In this document: piece after piece, positions 27,201 through 38,665 of the stretch
How positions within the stretch are numbered: position 1 is the first letter of the stretch
Layout: every line of letters starts with the position of its first letter
From: Amoebophrya sp. A120
Lineage: Eukaryota; Protista; Dinoflagellata
Assembly (NCBI GenBank): GCA_905178155.1
Contig: CAJINV010000019.1
Coordinates: 1,248,493 to 1,312,492, forward strand
Length of the DNA: 64,000 nucleotides
Reading direction: 5' to 3'
The notes under the pieces: generated by a model
What the model saw: the letters and a program-made list of their open reading frames with translations, nothing else
Told to the model about the DNA's origin: nothing
Databases searched by the model: none
Program-made: the position numbers and the translations under genes

Positions 27201-30200
27201 GCAGGAGCGGCGGATGGAAGGGCCAAGATTTTGAGAACGCGGGTCAAGAATTTTAGGATTTCAACATCACTACCTGCTTTTGCAGAAAACCGAGATGAAC
27301 AAGCGCCAAAAAGAACTCCTGTGCAATTTTCTTCATCCTTCCAGCTTCCCGAGTCCGAGTTTCAGCCGAAAGAAGAGTGGGGCTGCCGCAACTTCGAGCA
27401 GGAGGAGCGGGTTTTCAAGTCCCAAAACCTCCCTATGGAACTGTCAGGATTGAAATTGACAAAGTTGAAAAATTTGTGATGCATAAAACCGATACCAGTG
27501 GGAAGCCCAATTTCTAAGCGGTGCATGACAAATTTCGACGTCATCGAATTCCAGCTTCTCATGCTGTTTGGCGAAAGAAGGTATCCTTTGTCATTCTACT
27601 TTAGCAGCTCTATCCCAAACCCGAAACAGGCTCACAGTCGACCTCTCTTGCAATCCCTGCAAGAGAGTCACTTCGTGCCTTGCATTTCATGCATCACAGA
27701 TTAATATTTCAACTTTGTCGATTTCAATCTTGACACACCCATACTCCCCCTGCCCGCGGAGCACTCCTACCAAAGTGTGATACTGGCGAAGAGTGCACGG
27801 CTGAAATCTTTAGCGTTCCAGGACTTGGAGAAAGCCGTGGGGGACGGCGGGGGAAGAAGAGGTGGAAGCGACGATCCGAGTAGAAATGATGGCGATCCAC
27901 CCGACCATGCGAGGAGGACAGCATCATCATCGTCGTCTGACTCTCTCCTTGCAGGAGCCTTCAACTTCGAAAAGGCGCTTTTTGCGCTGCCCGGAGAGGT
28001 CGAGAAACTGACGAGGGTCCCGCTACCGCTATGAATTGCAAATATGTAGTCTGGGTCTGGTAACTTGTCATGGTAAATCTGAAGCATACAAAAATCTGTG
28101 TTGCATGAGTGCCAAAAGCTGTCCACTTTCGACCAAGTTCTGAGGCAGTTTCTCGCGCAGGATAGGCATGGTGGAGACCTCGCAGAGTCTGTCATGCTAA
28201 GTCCCGCATTCCAGACCTCAGCGGTCATGGAAAACCTGCATGACAAGTTGACACTCTTCCAGACCCAGACATATTTGCATTTGATAACCGCCCCAATTGA
28301 ACGAGATCCAGCACCTCGAATTTGACTACTCCGCGATAACGCACTCGCAAAAGGCACTGTCCCCCCGGTTCGTGAAATCGCACGGGCATTTCTTCATGAA
28401 CGTGCCGAACGGGCTATCACAATGAAAAACGCCCCCACCCCCGAACTTGGGAGCATTTGTATTGCAAACCTTTCCAACAGAAACACTCGCCCTCTTGCAT
28501 CTAGCAGCATCACAGATTTCCAATCGTGAATAGCGAAAGTTTGTATTGCAACAGATCCCAGCAAGAGTGGCGCTTGTCATGCAAGCAATGCTATATACGC
28601 TTACGCTTACGCCTAGACTCTGCATCACAAAGATTCATATTCCTTTCATGCGTGACAAAAAGTTTTCATTCGGAAACTTCGCATCAAAAATTATTGCAAC
28701 TTTGGGGGTGGGGGCATTTTTCACGGTAATACGGGCAGATGGCGTTAACTGCGAAGTCGGACACGGTTTTGTCGGAAAAACTTGGCTATCCTGTGCAAAA
28801 GTATCGTAGTCGTACTAATTGCAAATATGCATGACAAATCTCCTTCCTAAGGTAAAACAGCACTACAAATTCCACTTTTCTTATTGCTAAAATTAGTGAT
28901 GCAATTTATACTAGTACGATACTTTTGCAATGCATATTGGCAAAGTCGACGCAACCTTCCTTGTCACAAACTACACCAACACCGGGCAACAGGAAATCGT
29001 GTCGAATGTCGCTTGGTCTTCAGGAGCTGCAGATGGAAGTAGAAGCAGTAGCACCAGCACAGCAGGAGCTTCACCTTCAACTACAAAGACCAAAACCGCG
29101 GAGTGTGTCGTGGAAAGTTTACCCAGCCCGAGCTCTGCGGACATCGCGGATTTACGGCGGCAGGCGTCGTTTCGGGAGACGTTTGTCAAGGCCGTTGCAC
29201 TGGTCGATCCCGCAAATGGTGCGGTCCGCGAGTGCAATTTGTTCTCTTTACAGATTGGGAAGGGGAGGATTCTGCACCTGTTTGTCGATGAGAAGGATCC
29301 GACAATTGTACGGAAAATCATGCTGTTCCGCGGGCGACACCCCGACCAAGCGTTTTCCACGGTGGTTTTCCGGAATTGGAGAGTAGCTAGGCGGGAAAAT
29401 GATGAAAGTGCAAATGCGCCCTCCGAGGAACTGCATAACGTGAAGTTTCTCCACCCGTCCCCGAGTTGGCACTGCCACAAGGTGGATACGAGTCAAGTAG
29501 GAGGAGAAGTAGAAGGCAGTGGGAGTGGCCCGGTGGAACTGGCATCAACATCCGAAGAAAATAAGCTTTCTCGCGAAGTAGATGATCACATCAAGATCCC
29601 ACTGCACCACCGGTCCAGCGCTTTCAAAGACAGTCTGTTCGCGTTTTCCGGTGCTCTGGGGCAGTACCACTTGCTCGCGATTTATCACAGGAAAAAAGTG
29701 TTACAGTTACACATTTGTTGGAGTTTCTGCATCACAAAGTTGCTCGACATGGCAAAGAAAACCTGTGATGCGCAGACTATAAAGGAAAACACGTATGAAG
29801 TGAGGTTGGCAAGCATCTCCTGCATGACAGAGGTTGTCTGTCTTGCTTGTCTCCCATCAGAGTGTGTAACTGTAACACTTTTTTCTCACGATACGATTCC
29901 GCTTTTGTCCTTACCGGGGGAGCTGGATCTGCTCGTGAACAAAGACCGGGCGTTTGGACTCGACGCTGTGCGGGACTTATCCTTCTTCCATTTCGAATTT
30001 GCGGCGAGGAAGTACGATGGAGGAGGAGCGTCCTCGTTCGGAGCAGGATCTGGCGCCTCTTCCACCGCTTTATTTTCCAGAGAACCAGAACCACCAGGCA
30101 GAGGCATTGGTTCGCTCTTTCCGCTCTACCGCGGCCGACTGGCGGTGAATTTCGCGCGGAGGCTGTTCTACTTGACCGCACACAGCCGAGGTGCTGGTGG

Positions 30201-32593
30201 CTCAACGGCGGAAACGGCTTTGAGGCTTACAGTGGACGGCAGATACAACAGTAAATCCAAGGGAGTTTTCGTCGAGTTCAATGCCGCTGCGAAAAAACCG
30301 GGGAGAGCGTCAAGCTCGCCCTCGGCAGGCATACAAAACGGTGGAGAAGTCACCGAAAACGAGAACAACTACTGCTTTTCCTACGCATTAGAGGCAGACG
30401 GAGAACAAGATGGCACTTTTTCGGGCACAAAGCTCCTGCGCGAAATCGAAAAGAACGACAATAATTTTCTTCATTTCGTCGAATCCAGAACCATTCTCCT
30501 CAATGCGCGGGAAACGGAATGCTACGTCTGGGCTTTAAATCTCGACAGAAAATCCAATAGTCTCCTCCTCTACATCTCCATCGAGGACGGGGACGTGGTG
30601 CAGGTTGAACATCCCAACAGCCGTATCCTGAGCAAAAACGTCCCCAGTTGCTAAATCTGCAACACAAATCCCCAGGAATTGGGAGTTGTGCATGACAAGT
30701 TTCCATCTGCAGTGTATGGCAAGGGAAGCAGCATGAGAAAGCCATTGATTTTGTCATCCTGTTTACGGCATTACAGATGCCAAAGCACGACTGGAAATGC
30801 CCTTCATGGGGATGCGCGTTACAAATGTTCTTGTCATCGCACATTTGCATGACAAGTGGGAACGTTTTTGCAAAGGATAAGCCGTCAAGCGTTCGAAGTT
30901 TTTGATTTCGATCGGCACCCGGGGAAATTCGAGTTCAAAACGCCCTCGGTGGAGACCTGCCCGCCCGCGAAGGAAGACCGATTTCACTTGTTTGAGTCGC
31001 CCTTGGAGCTCGGCGCGCGGAGCAGCGACGAGGAGACAAGTGGGTCTTCTGGAATGATGTCGTCGTCGTCGACATCGTCGTTGTCCACCTCATCGTCTTC
31101 TGGACTGCAGACCCCTATTCTCGGCCCGGCGCTCTCCGCGTTGGAGCGAAGCGGCGTGAAAAACAGCGCACCACCAGTGAGTTTAATCGCGGCGCCGCTG
31201 GAATGGCCGAAGTTGGCGGAGCACTTTAGGAACCTGTGTGGTCCTCGTGGTCCTCGAGGAAGTGGCACATCAGAAACGAGCGACGATGAGGTGGGTACGA
31301 CCGCGGAAGTAGGTGGAAAAAGCGACCCGTGCAGAGCAAACCGGGTGACAAGAAACGTAGCAACCTCCAAAACGGTGGTGACAGCGCCATCGCAGGAGGA
31401 CCAAGCTGCGCATGAGCAAACTGCTCAGCAACTACAACAGCAGACCGCTCAATCTGTGCAGCCAAATGCAGCTGCAGCCACCACAACAGCAAATGAAGAG
31501 TTAGTGGACGACAGTCCAGCCACTCTAAATGCCATCTCTACGTCAACCGAGGCCACCAGTGCGAGCGCCCGGGCGGTCGCGAACGCGCTGGATGGGCCGC
31601 CAGGATATGCATTGCAAATATGTCTGGGTCTGGAAAGTTCCGATGCTAATGCCCGAATGATACGCAACCTGTATTAGGAGGCCGTGCATGTTCTTGACAA
31701 GTTTCTGAGCGGCTATGTCTTGCGTGAACCGCATGACAAGTGGCCTTTTTGCGTGACAAACAAGTGGCACTGTAGCGCGCCAAGCATGACAGACTTTTCT
31801 GTCTTGTCGGCCAAGCATGACAGACTTGCATTCTTCCAGACATCCAGGGATATTTGCACTGGATACAGGAGACCATACTACAACCGCTCCATCCGACGAT
31901 TTCCGTGGTCCGTTGTCCCACTTGCTCTTCAATTCCGCTTTTCAATTCGATTTCACCAGTGTCTTCTCTCCCCAGTACGCCCAACACGAGCACAAAACCC
32001 AACTGACCAGCTTCGACGAAAACAGGAACCAAAAACCGGCAAAAAGCCACGGCACGGTTGTGGTTGATTACCAAAATAGACGGTTGTTCATCGACAGTTA
32101 CGCCGACCATTTAGGGTCCGCGGGGACGGGGTACAACAGTAATGTGCAAACCCAGTTGCTATTGCAGGAAAACGGAAAACAATCGTTCACCTTTCTGAAG
32201 ACCAGAAAGGGGGAGAAGTGTGTGGAGTTCGATTTGGAGAGAAATACTTTGAGTAAAGAAGCCAATATCGAAAACGGGTTTGGCCTTACGCATATGCGGG
32301 AGGATAAGAAGACGCAGACCTACCCGCATCTGCGCAAGTTCAACGTGCGGGACATCGTCGCCTATGCTGACGTAGAGTTGACCAGGTTGACGCACATGGA
32401 GATACCAAGACGAGGGGTGAATGTGGATATCCGGAACTGGAGGAAGATTCCATCGAGTGGCGGGAGTGCTGACAATTTTCTCAGCCTGATCAAGCCAAAG
32501 CTGGCTTTTGACCCGGATAATCAAAGTTGTGAAAAGTCGCCAACGGTGTTGACGCGGGCGCATTGGACCTTGGCGGATGTGTTTCTCGCATGA
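24211..32593 (+). CDS. ~2009-aa putative secreted/membrane-anchored protein with about five ependymin-related (EPDR)/LolA-fold-like repeats; 9 introners
   Basis: Removing 9 elements plus 5 nt each leaves 6030 nt in one frame, joining ORFs 24202, 24753, 26367, 27777, 28930, 30856 and 31817. N-terminal hydrophobic stretch VLVFLSALSLLLFVFS. Repeated motifs such as SHGTVVVDYQNRRLFID, YRGRLAVNFARRLFYL, SHGHFFMNVPNG and C-terminal F-x-NWR...F..P..W-x-C. The fold call is inference and the start codon is uncertain. Confidence 0.75.
24634..24912. mobile_element. Introner family B
   Basis: Family B TIR; DR aagtt/aagtt. Confidence 0.95.
26105..26372. mobile_element. Introner family A (opposite orientation to 19698)
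   Basis: Family A TIR; DR ccgga/ccaaa. Confidence 0.93.
27434..27743. mobile_element. Introner family G
   Basis: tatggaactgtcaggattgaaattgacaaagttgaaa...tttcaactttgtcgatttcaatcttgacacacccata; DR ctccc/ctccc. Confidence 0.93.
28030..28286. mobile_element. Introner family A
   Basis: Family A TIR; DR accgc/accgc. Confidence 0.95.
28415..28731. mobile_element. Introner family D
   Basis: tatcacaatgaaaaacgcccccacccc...ggggtgggggcatttttcacggtaata; DR cgggc/cgggc. Confidence 0.95.
28787..28936. mobile_element. Introner family E (short)
   Basis: tatcctgtgcaaaagtatcgta...tacgatacttttgcaatgcata; DR ttggc/ttggc. Confidence 0.95.
29683..29893. mobile_element. Introner, singleton, in-frame and stop-free
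   Basis: tatcacaggaaaaaagtgttacagttacac...gtgtaactgtaacacttttttctcacgata; DR cgatt/cgatt. Confidence 0.93.
30624..30879. mobile_element. Introner family B (shortened)
   Basis: tatcctgagcaaaaacgt...acgtttttgcaaaggata; DR agccg/agccg. Confidence 0.93.
31606..31865. mobile_element. Introner family A
   Basis: Family A TIR; DR cagga/cagga. Confidence 0.93.
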
Positions 32594-33410
32594 TAGAGAA
32601 CTACTACTGCAAGAAATAGAAAATATCTATTCCTTCGGGCAAAAAGTTTGGTGTATTGGAATCGGGAAAAATGAAACAACAGCACCTTCGCAGAAGATCT
32701 AGTGCAATTTTAGTGCTCCTCGCACACGGGCCCGGACTCGATCCCGCCTGGGTAAGAATGGCGCGAGTTGTGTGAAAAGATAGATTTGGTGGCTTGTTGA
32801 TTTTTTTTGCGTTGGTGTTCTGGAAAAAGGAAAAATGCTCAATATTTTTGGGCTGCCGTGAAGATATCCACTGTAGATCCATTGTCGATCTTTTCACATC
32901 CTAAAACCCTTGGTTTACAAACTAAGTTGCATACTCATAAACAGAAGTTCAAATAACTTTTGGGGGATCATGCGGTTTGCCAGCAGACGCCGTGTTTTCG
33001 CGACTACCACCTCTAGAGGCTTTTGCTTTCTCTCAAAGCTCCTGGCGTTGATTTTTGCGCGAGATACAGAAAATCTGTGACTAATTCCGAAGGCGGAACT
33101 CTGTTACGCTGTGCTCAAGAACTTTCCCCCGAGCCCAAAGTCGGCAATTATTTTCACCATGTTCGTCTGGCATTCGGGTGCACTTGTTTGCACAGGGTGA
33201 CGCATGCGTCAGGTGTATAAATGCGGGCGGTACTACGTTGGCTTAAAAATAACAGGACCACATTTAGTACAGGAGTCACATTCGTCTGTTTTGCGCACAG
33301 AAATTCAATATCAACATCCTATTGACATCAGCAGTAGAAAAAAAAAATTCAAACGACTACATAAACTTCACGCCACACTCGACCGACCAAAAATCAAGAC
33401 AAAAGTCAAC

Positions 33411-36400
33411 ATGTCTCTCTTCCATTCCGTCGCTGTGCTCCTCCCGGAGGAGGTGCAGGACTTAGTTTGGGACTTTCTCCTCCCGACGGAAAAGCTCTAC
33501 TACCCGCCAAAGACCATCAAGAATTACGTGGACGAGCACATGTACCAGATGCCGCCGAACCAGGTGCAGCAGTTGCTGCACAAACAAAAGCACTTTCCCC
33601 ACCGACTGCAGGAACACGAGCGGCAGTTTCTGCAGCAGCGCGCGATGCAGCAATTTCAGCAGGACGAGATGGACAAGGCGTACGCAAAGGACCCGTGGAA
33701 TTTGTCCGGTGGCAGCATGATGGACTTCGATATCGGCTCCATGATGGACGCGCGCGACATGCAAAAATCGCTGCAGAAACTCCGCAGACAAGACTGGCGG
33801 TTTTTGGAGGAGGAAGGGAGTGGGAAGAAGATCACGGCGAATGATCATGCTGAAAACGACAAGAAGAAAACGCTCTCGTCGTCTATTGTTCCGCCCTTTC
33901 CGCCGAGGAAAAAATCGCTGGTGAAAAAGCAGTACCAGTACGAATTGCACCGGGTGGTTTTCGTCTCCCAGATGCAGAGGGCGGCGGGGCTGGACGCGGT
34001 CAGAATCAAGTTGGACGGGGTGAAGGCGAGCAACTTGCTGCAGGCGAACGAGCTGGAGATGGTGATGGTATCCAAAGGAAAAATCCCCCCACCCCATATC
34101 GAAATGGAAATCTGTGATGCGGGATTTGTGTACACAAATCGGCTTTGTATTGCAGGAAGGTATCGCGGCCAGATCCCCAGGCTATGCAGGGGCGTATCGG
34201 TCTAGTTGTTCAGCATGGCAAACGGCTCCGCTTTAGGCCCAACAGCATGACAAATCGCCTCCATAATGGGGGCGAAGCTTTTGCCCTTGTCTTCTTGCAA
34301 GACGCATGACATTTGTGACCTCAGCGTGTTGGGGGTGAGGGACCCCCAACGAGGCCTACGGATATCAGGTGGAATTAAGGCTCAAATCAGCAATGCAAAT
34401 CTTCGGGAACTTTGCTTTTCAATATGGGGAGGGGGGATTTTTCACTTTGATAGATGGAGGGCACAGGTTTGAAAGAACCTCCTCAACCTTTTCTGACTCC
34501 AAACGACAAGAAGAAGCTCCAGGAAATCGCGAGAGACGTGAAAAAAAATCTCAAAGAGAGCGAAAAGGAGAAAGAGCGGCAGGCCCGGGAGCAGAAAGAG
34601 GACTGGGCAGAGATGCTGATGCCCAATGCGGCCTTTTCCGGTCGTGGTAGTCACGAAGATGATGTTGACAATGCAGATGAACAAGAAGACTACCGCCCGG
34701 ACACCAAATTCCCAGCGGACATGCTGCTGGAGTCTCTTCTATCCATCCGGCCATCCGGGTTCGGGGAAACGGACGACTTTTGCGCGGAACTCCTGCGGAG
34801 GGAAGGTTTTGCCTGCTCACCAGAGGCGGTGGCGTTTTTTGACTACACAAAATATGTACAGCCAGCGCGAGTATTTGTTCACGAAGACCAAAAAACAGCA
34901 CCGACTTGTAGCAGAAATCGGAATTTTTATCCAAAGAAGCAGACCGAGGTAGAGAACGAGCCGAAGACTCTGGTGTTGAAAGCGCGGATGCTTCTCGCTC
35001 AGAAAATTTCCAAAAAGTGCATGGATGTCTTCTACCTGTGGCAGCATCAGCGCATGAAGGGCGGGGATCCGGACGACGGCTACCGCGTGGCGTGCGAGTT
35101 TGCGTTATCAAATGCAAATATGTCTGGGTCTGGAAGATTCCGAGATTTGTGATGCAGTTTATCCAAGCTCCACCAAGTCTGCAATGCAGGGTCTAGCATC
35201 ACAGGATCTGCAGCCCCTTGGTGATGCCTGTTCGACATGACAAATGCCATCTCAGCATGGCCAGAAATGGGCACCTTTTGCAAGTCGCGCAACACAGATT
35301 TTTGTACGATCCGCAACATGCATCACAAGTTCGAATCCTTCCAGACCCAGACATATTTGCAATGCATATGCGTGGGAGTGCTACAACTCGTTCGGGGTGA
35401 CGGAGAAGCTGGAACAGGGGTTCGATGTGGTCGAGGTTGAGAAGAATGCGACAGTGGAACATCAAGGGAATCAGGCCGCGTACCGGCTGGTTTTCGACGT
35501 ACACAAAGGAGCTCATCGTGCCAGTTCTCCTGGTGCCGACGTCGAAAACGCAGCAGATGTGCCGGCGAAGCAGAAGGCTGCACTATCAGAAACCGCGGTC
35601 AACACCACCAGTGCCGTGGCCAGTCCGTCGGATCATGTCAGTCCGGTTGATGAGGCTGTACAGCCCGCGGGAGGTGGGAATAAACGGGAAAGCGCGAAGA
35701 CGGAACGAGATGAAGAAACTCCTGAGAAGAAAAAGGAATCTTCGTGCGGAAAATCTAAATCAGCGGCTCCAGATTGTGTTGGTGTAACAAGTTTCATTTA
35801 TCCGGTCGCGCACTGCGTCACTTGTGGTGCAGGCGGAACAGTTCCAGGGCGAGTTGTGAAGAACGAGACTTCTGCCGAAATAAACCTCTCCAGCAACAGA
35901 ACGACACACAACCTGATTTCCCCTCTGATGCACTTCACGTGCCCGCCGTGCGGGAAGAAGTACGCCGTTTGCGACCAGATTTGTCAGAAGAAGTTTTGGA
36001 AGCTGCACAAGCAGAACCACGACAAAGTGCAGCAGTTGTACTGTAGCAGCTGCGGGAAAGAGAAAGATGACCCATCGGAAGAGTTGAAGAAGTTTTCCTG
36101 TCAGGACGAGGATTTTTACGTGAAGGCCCCGCAGGGATTGGGCCAAAAATCCTTCACGTTCTACGCCTGCAACAAGAGCTGCCAGAAAAGTTTGTGGAAA
36201 AAGCACAAAGAGAGCGGGTACAAGGCTCTAGTCGGGTTTTCTGCAGGGAAAAAGAAAGACCAAACGAAGATGAATAACGGGCTTTTCGCACCGAACAGCA
36301 GATCGGCAAGTACTTCTGATGCTGTTTCCGAGCAAGAGCTGTTATTTTCCAACGCGGGGCAAACGCGAGGCGAGAGGTTCGTTGCAAAAGAAGCAAAAAA

Positions 36401-37400
36401 ATACTGGTACAACCCCAATTTCCCTTATGGAGTCGACGAGTTTTCCGCTACTGCCAGCATCCGATCTCTGTGCGACCGGTTGAAGCAGCACCAGTTCAAT
36501 TGTTCCAACGAAGAAGTGAAGTATCGGGTGGAAACACTCGGCCAGGACCCAAAACGCGCGGAGGCCGAGCAGCGGCTGAGTGGATACAAGGAGATAGAAG
36601 AGAAAAAGAACTTCTTTATGAAATTCGCCGATTACAAAATCAAAGTGTTGCAACAGCCGAATTTCTGGACTTTCCAAGTGGATAGGAATCTGCGCTACGA
36701 GTGGCTAGTTGACTGCTACCGGATGCGGAGCCGCGACGACTTGGAGTACAGCGTTCTGTGCGGGGATTTCGAGAGCAAAGACCACTTGTGGAACGGGGTG
36801 TATTTGCCGTATTACTACAAGAGCTTCGCGGGCGAATTTTTACAGGATAAAAATTTATTCCCCGGAAAAACAAGCAATAACAAAAAATTTGCGGACGCCG
36901 ACTTGGTCAATCGCTACCCAGACCACGAGCTCCGACTGCAAACCGATAGTGTTTTCAAAATCCGGGTGAATCAAGACAGACAGCTTTTAGTGAAGGAATT
37001 TTTGAAGTTTACGAAGCTGGCGAAGGCAAACAACGCGCTGTTCGACGGGTTTTCGTTTAAGCACTACCTCGCCGCCGCGGAGAAGATTTTGATGTTTCCG
37101 TTCTGCGAGAAAGAAGCCATCGAGAAATACGGCGAAGAAAACATGTTTCTCACCCACTGCGCGTCGTTGCGGAGAACCGCGACGTGGATATATCAGTCTG
37201 CGGAGGTGCGGGAAATGCCGGGGGAAATGGGGCAGTTGGACGAGCAACTGGAGCGGGAGTGCGCGGCAAAACTCAACGCGGTGCGGTTTGAAAAATCGGA
37301 TCGGGAAATTTTCGAAGACGTTGGGGGGAAGGAGATCTGGGTTAAGCTGTGGAAAAAACTGAAGAAAAGACAAATGTGCGTGATTGAGATGGAAAGGTGA
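33411..37400 (+). CDS. ~1110-aa protein with N-terminal F-box-like motif, two MYND-like zinc fingers and a C-terminal helical domain; 2 introners
   Basis: Spliced length 3333 nt in frame. LPEEVQDLVWDFL (F-box-like); CVTC...CPPC...CDQICQKKFWKLHK and CSSC...CNKSCQKSLWKKHK (MYND-like); WLVDCYRMR...FLKF...EKEAIEKYG resembles the C-terminal domain of MYND-domain proteins known from fungi. Confidence 0.8.
34069..34452. mobile_element. Introner family F
   Basis: tatccaaaggaaaaatccccccaccccatatcgaaa...ttcaatatggggaggggggatttttcactttgata; DR gatgg/gatgg. Confidence 0.95.
35106..35368. mobile_element. Introner family A
   Basis: Family A TIR; DR tgcgt/tgcgt. Confidence 0.95.
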
Positions 37401-38665
37401 AGATGATTGAATATATTGATAAAATAAAAGAGCCGTGTAAAGGATCGAATAAACGACCTGCATGTTGAACTGTAGGTGCGAAGGCGGAGTTACGCTTCGA
37501 CGCTTCCTTATTCTGATGTGAACTACGATGGTTATTTTGAACGAAGTATATTTCGATGGGATTTCCTGTAATATCGCACAACAAGATCTTATTTCGATCG
37601 CCTGAACAAAGTACGATGAAGTCAACCCAGAGTCAGAGCACCTCGGTCCGAATGGATGCTCCGACGGTCGCCTGTCGCTCTTTGTTTTCCGAAACGACCA
37701 AGAGGCGCAAACAGCTATTTTCGCTGTTGTTGATGCAATCATTTGAGTGAGAGGAAGAGACGAGATAAGAACGCATTTTTACATACCACGTGGTCCAAAA
37801 ATAAGCGGTGAAGTGAAAGCAAGTAGATTTTTGCACAATCTGATCGATCGAACTGAAAATGCAACAAATGGAAAAAGATCTCCTCGAAAGCAAAATTTGC
37901 CATTTGAAAGGAGAGAAGTGAGAGCGAGTCTACAGGCTGAGGGACAGCACTAGACGATACGTGAGCGATAACAAGCGAAGTGATTTGTGTTTGCGCAAAG
38001 CAGATTCACCTTCTCCTTTTCTTCTGACTGCCACCCCAATGTCACAGATCCCGTTTTTTCTGCCTACCCTCTAGACCATTCCAATTTATTCCTATCAAAC
38101 TTGAGCCATTCTGTCTACTTTTTTTCATCTAAGCTGTTTATTTCCTATTCTTGCACGCTTACAAATTGAAATTATTTTCCTTGAACTTGAAGATTATATT
38201 ACTTTTTCTTGCGATAATCGTGACAATTGTGAACTTTTGTTTTGGTCGATTCGCAATCGAGGATAAAGTGTGAAGAAGCTGCGCTAGTACTACAAGGCGG
38301 ATAAAATAACACAAACAGTCCACCTCTTGGCTTTTCTACTAAACTACTAACTCCTTGGAACAAGGAGCTACTGCATTAGGGTGCGCGACTCTGTTGTGTT
38401 TCCGCTTGATAGCTACAGCAAAGTTTTGCGCATTTCGAAAGCCTTTTGCACGACGTTATACGATTGAGCTCTCTTTTTTTTCTTCCCGTGAGAAAAAAAT
38501 TACTTGAAAAGCGACAACTGCAATACAGATTCTAACTGCAATCGAATATTACTAAACGCGTTGTAGCTTTTTTTTTGTTTCTTGAGCAACAAACTTTTTG
38601 AGTCTGCCCTGTAAAAGTATCCTCCACATCAAGAACGAGCGCATCCGAGGACATCCAGCAGCAAA

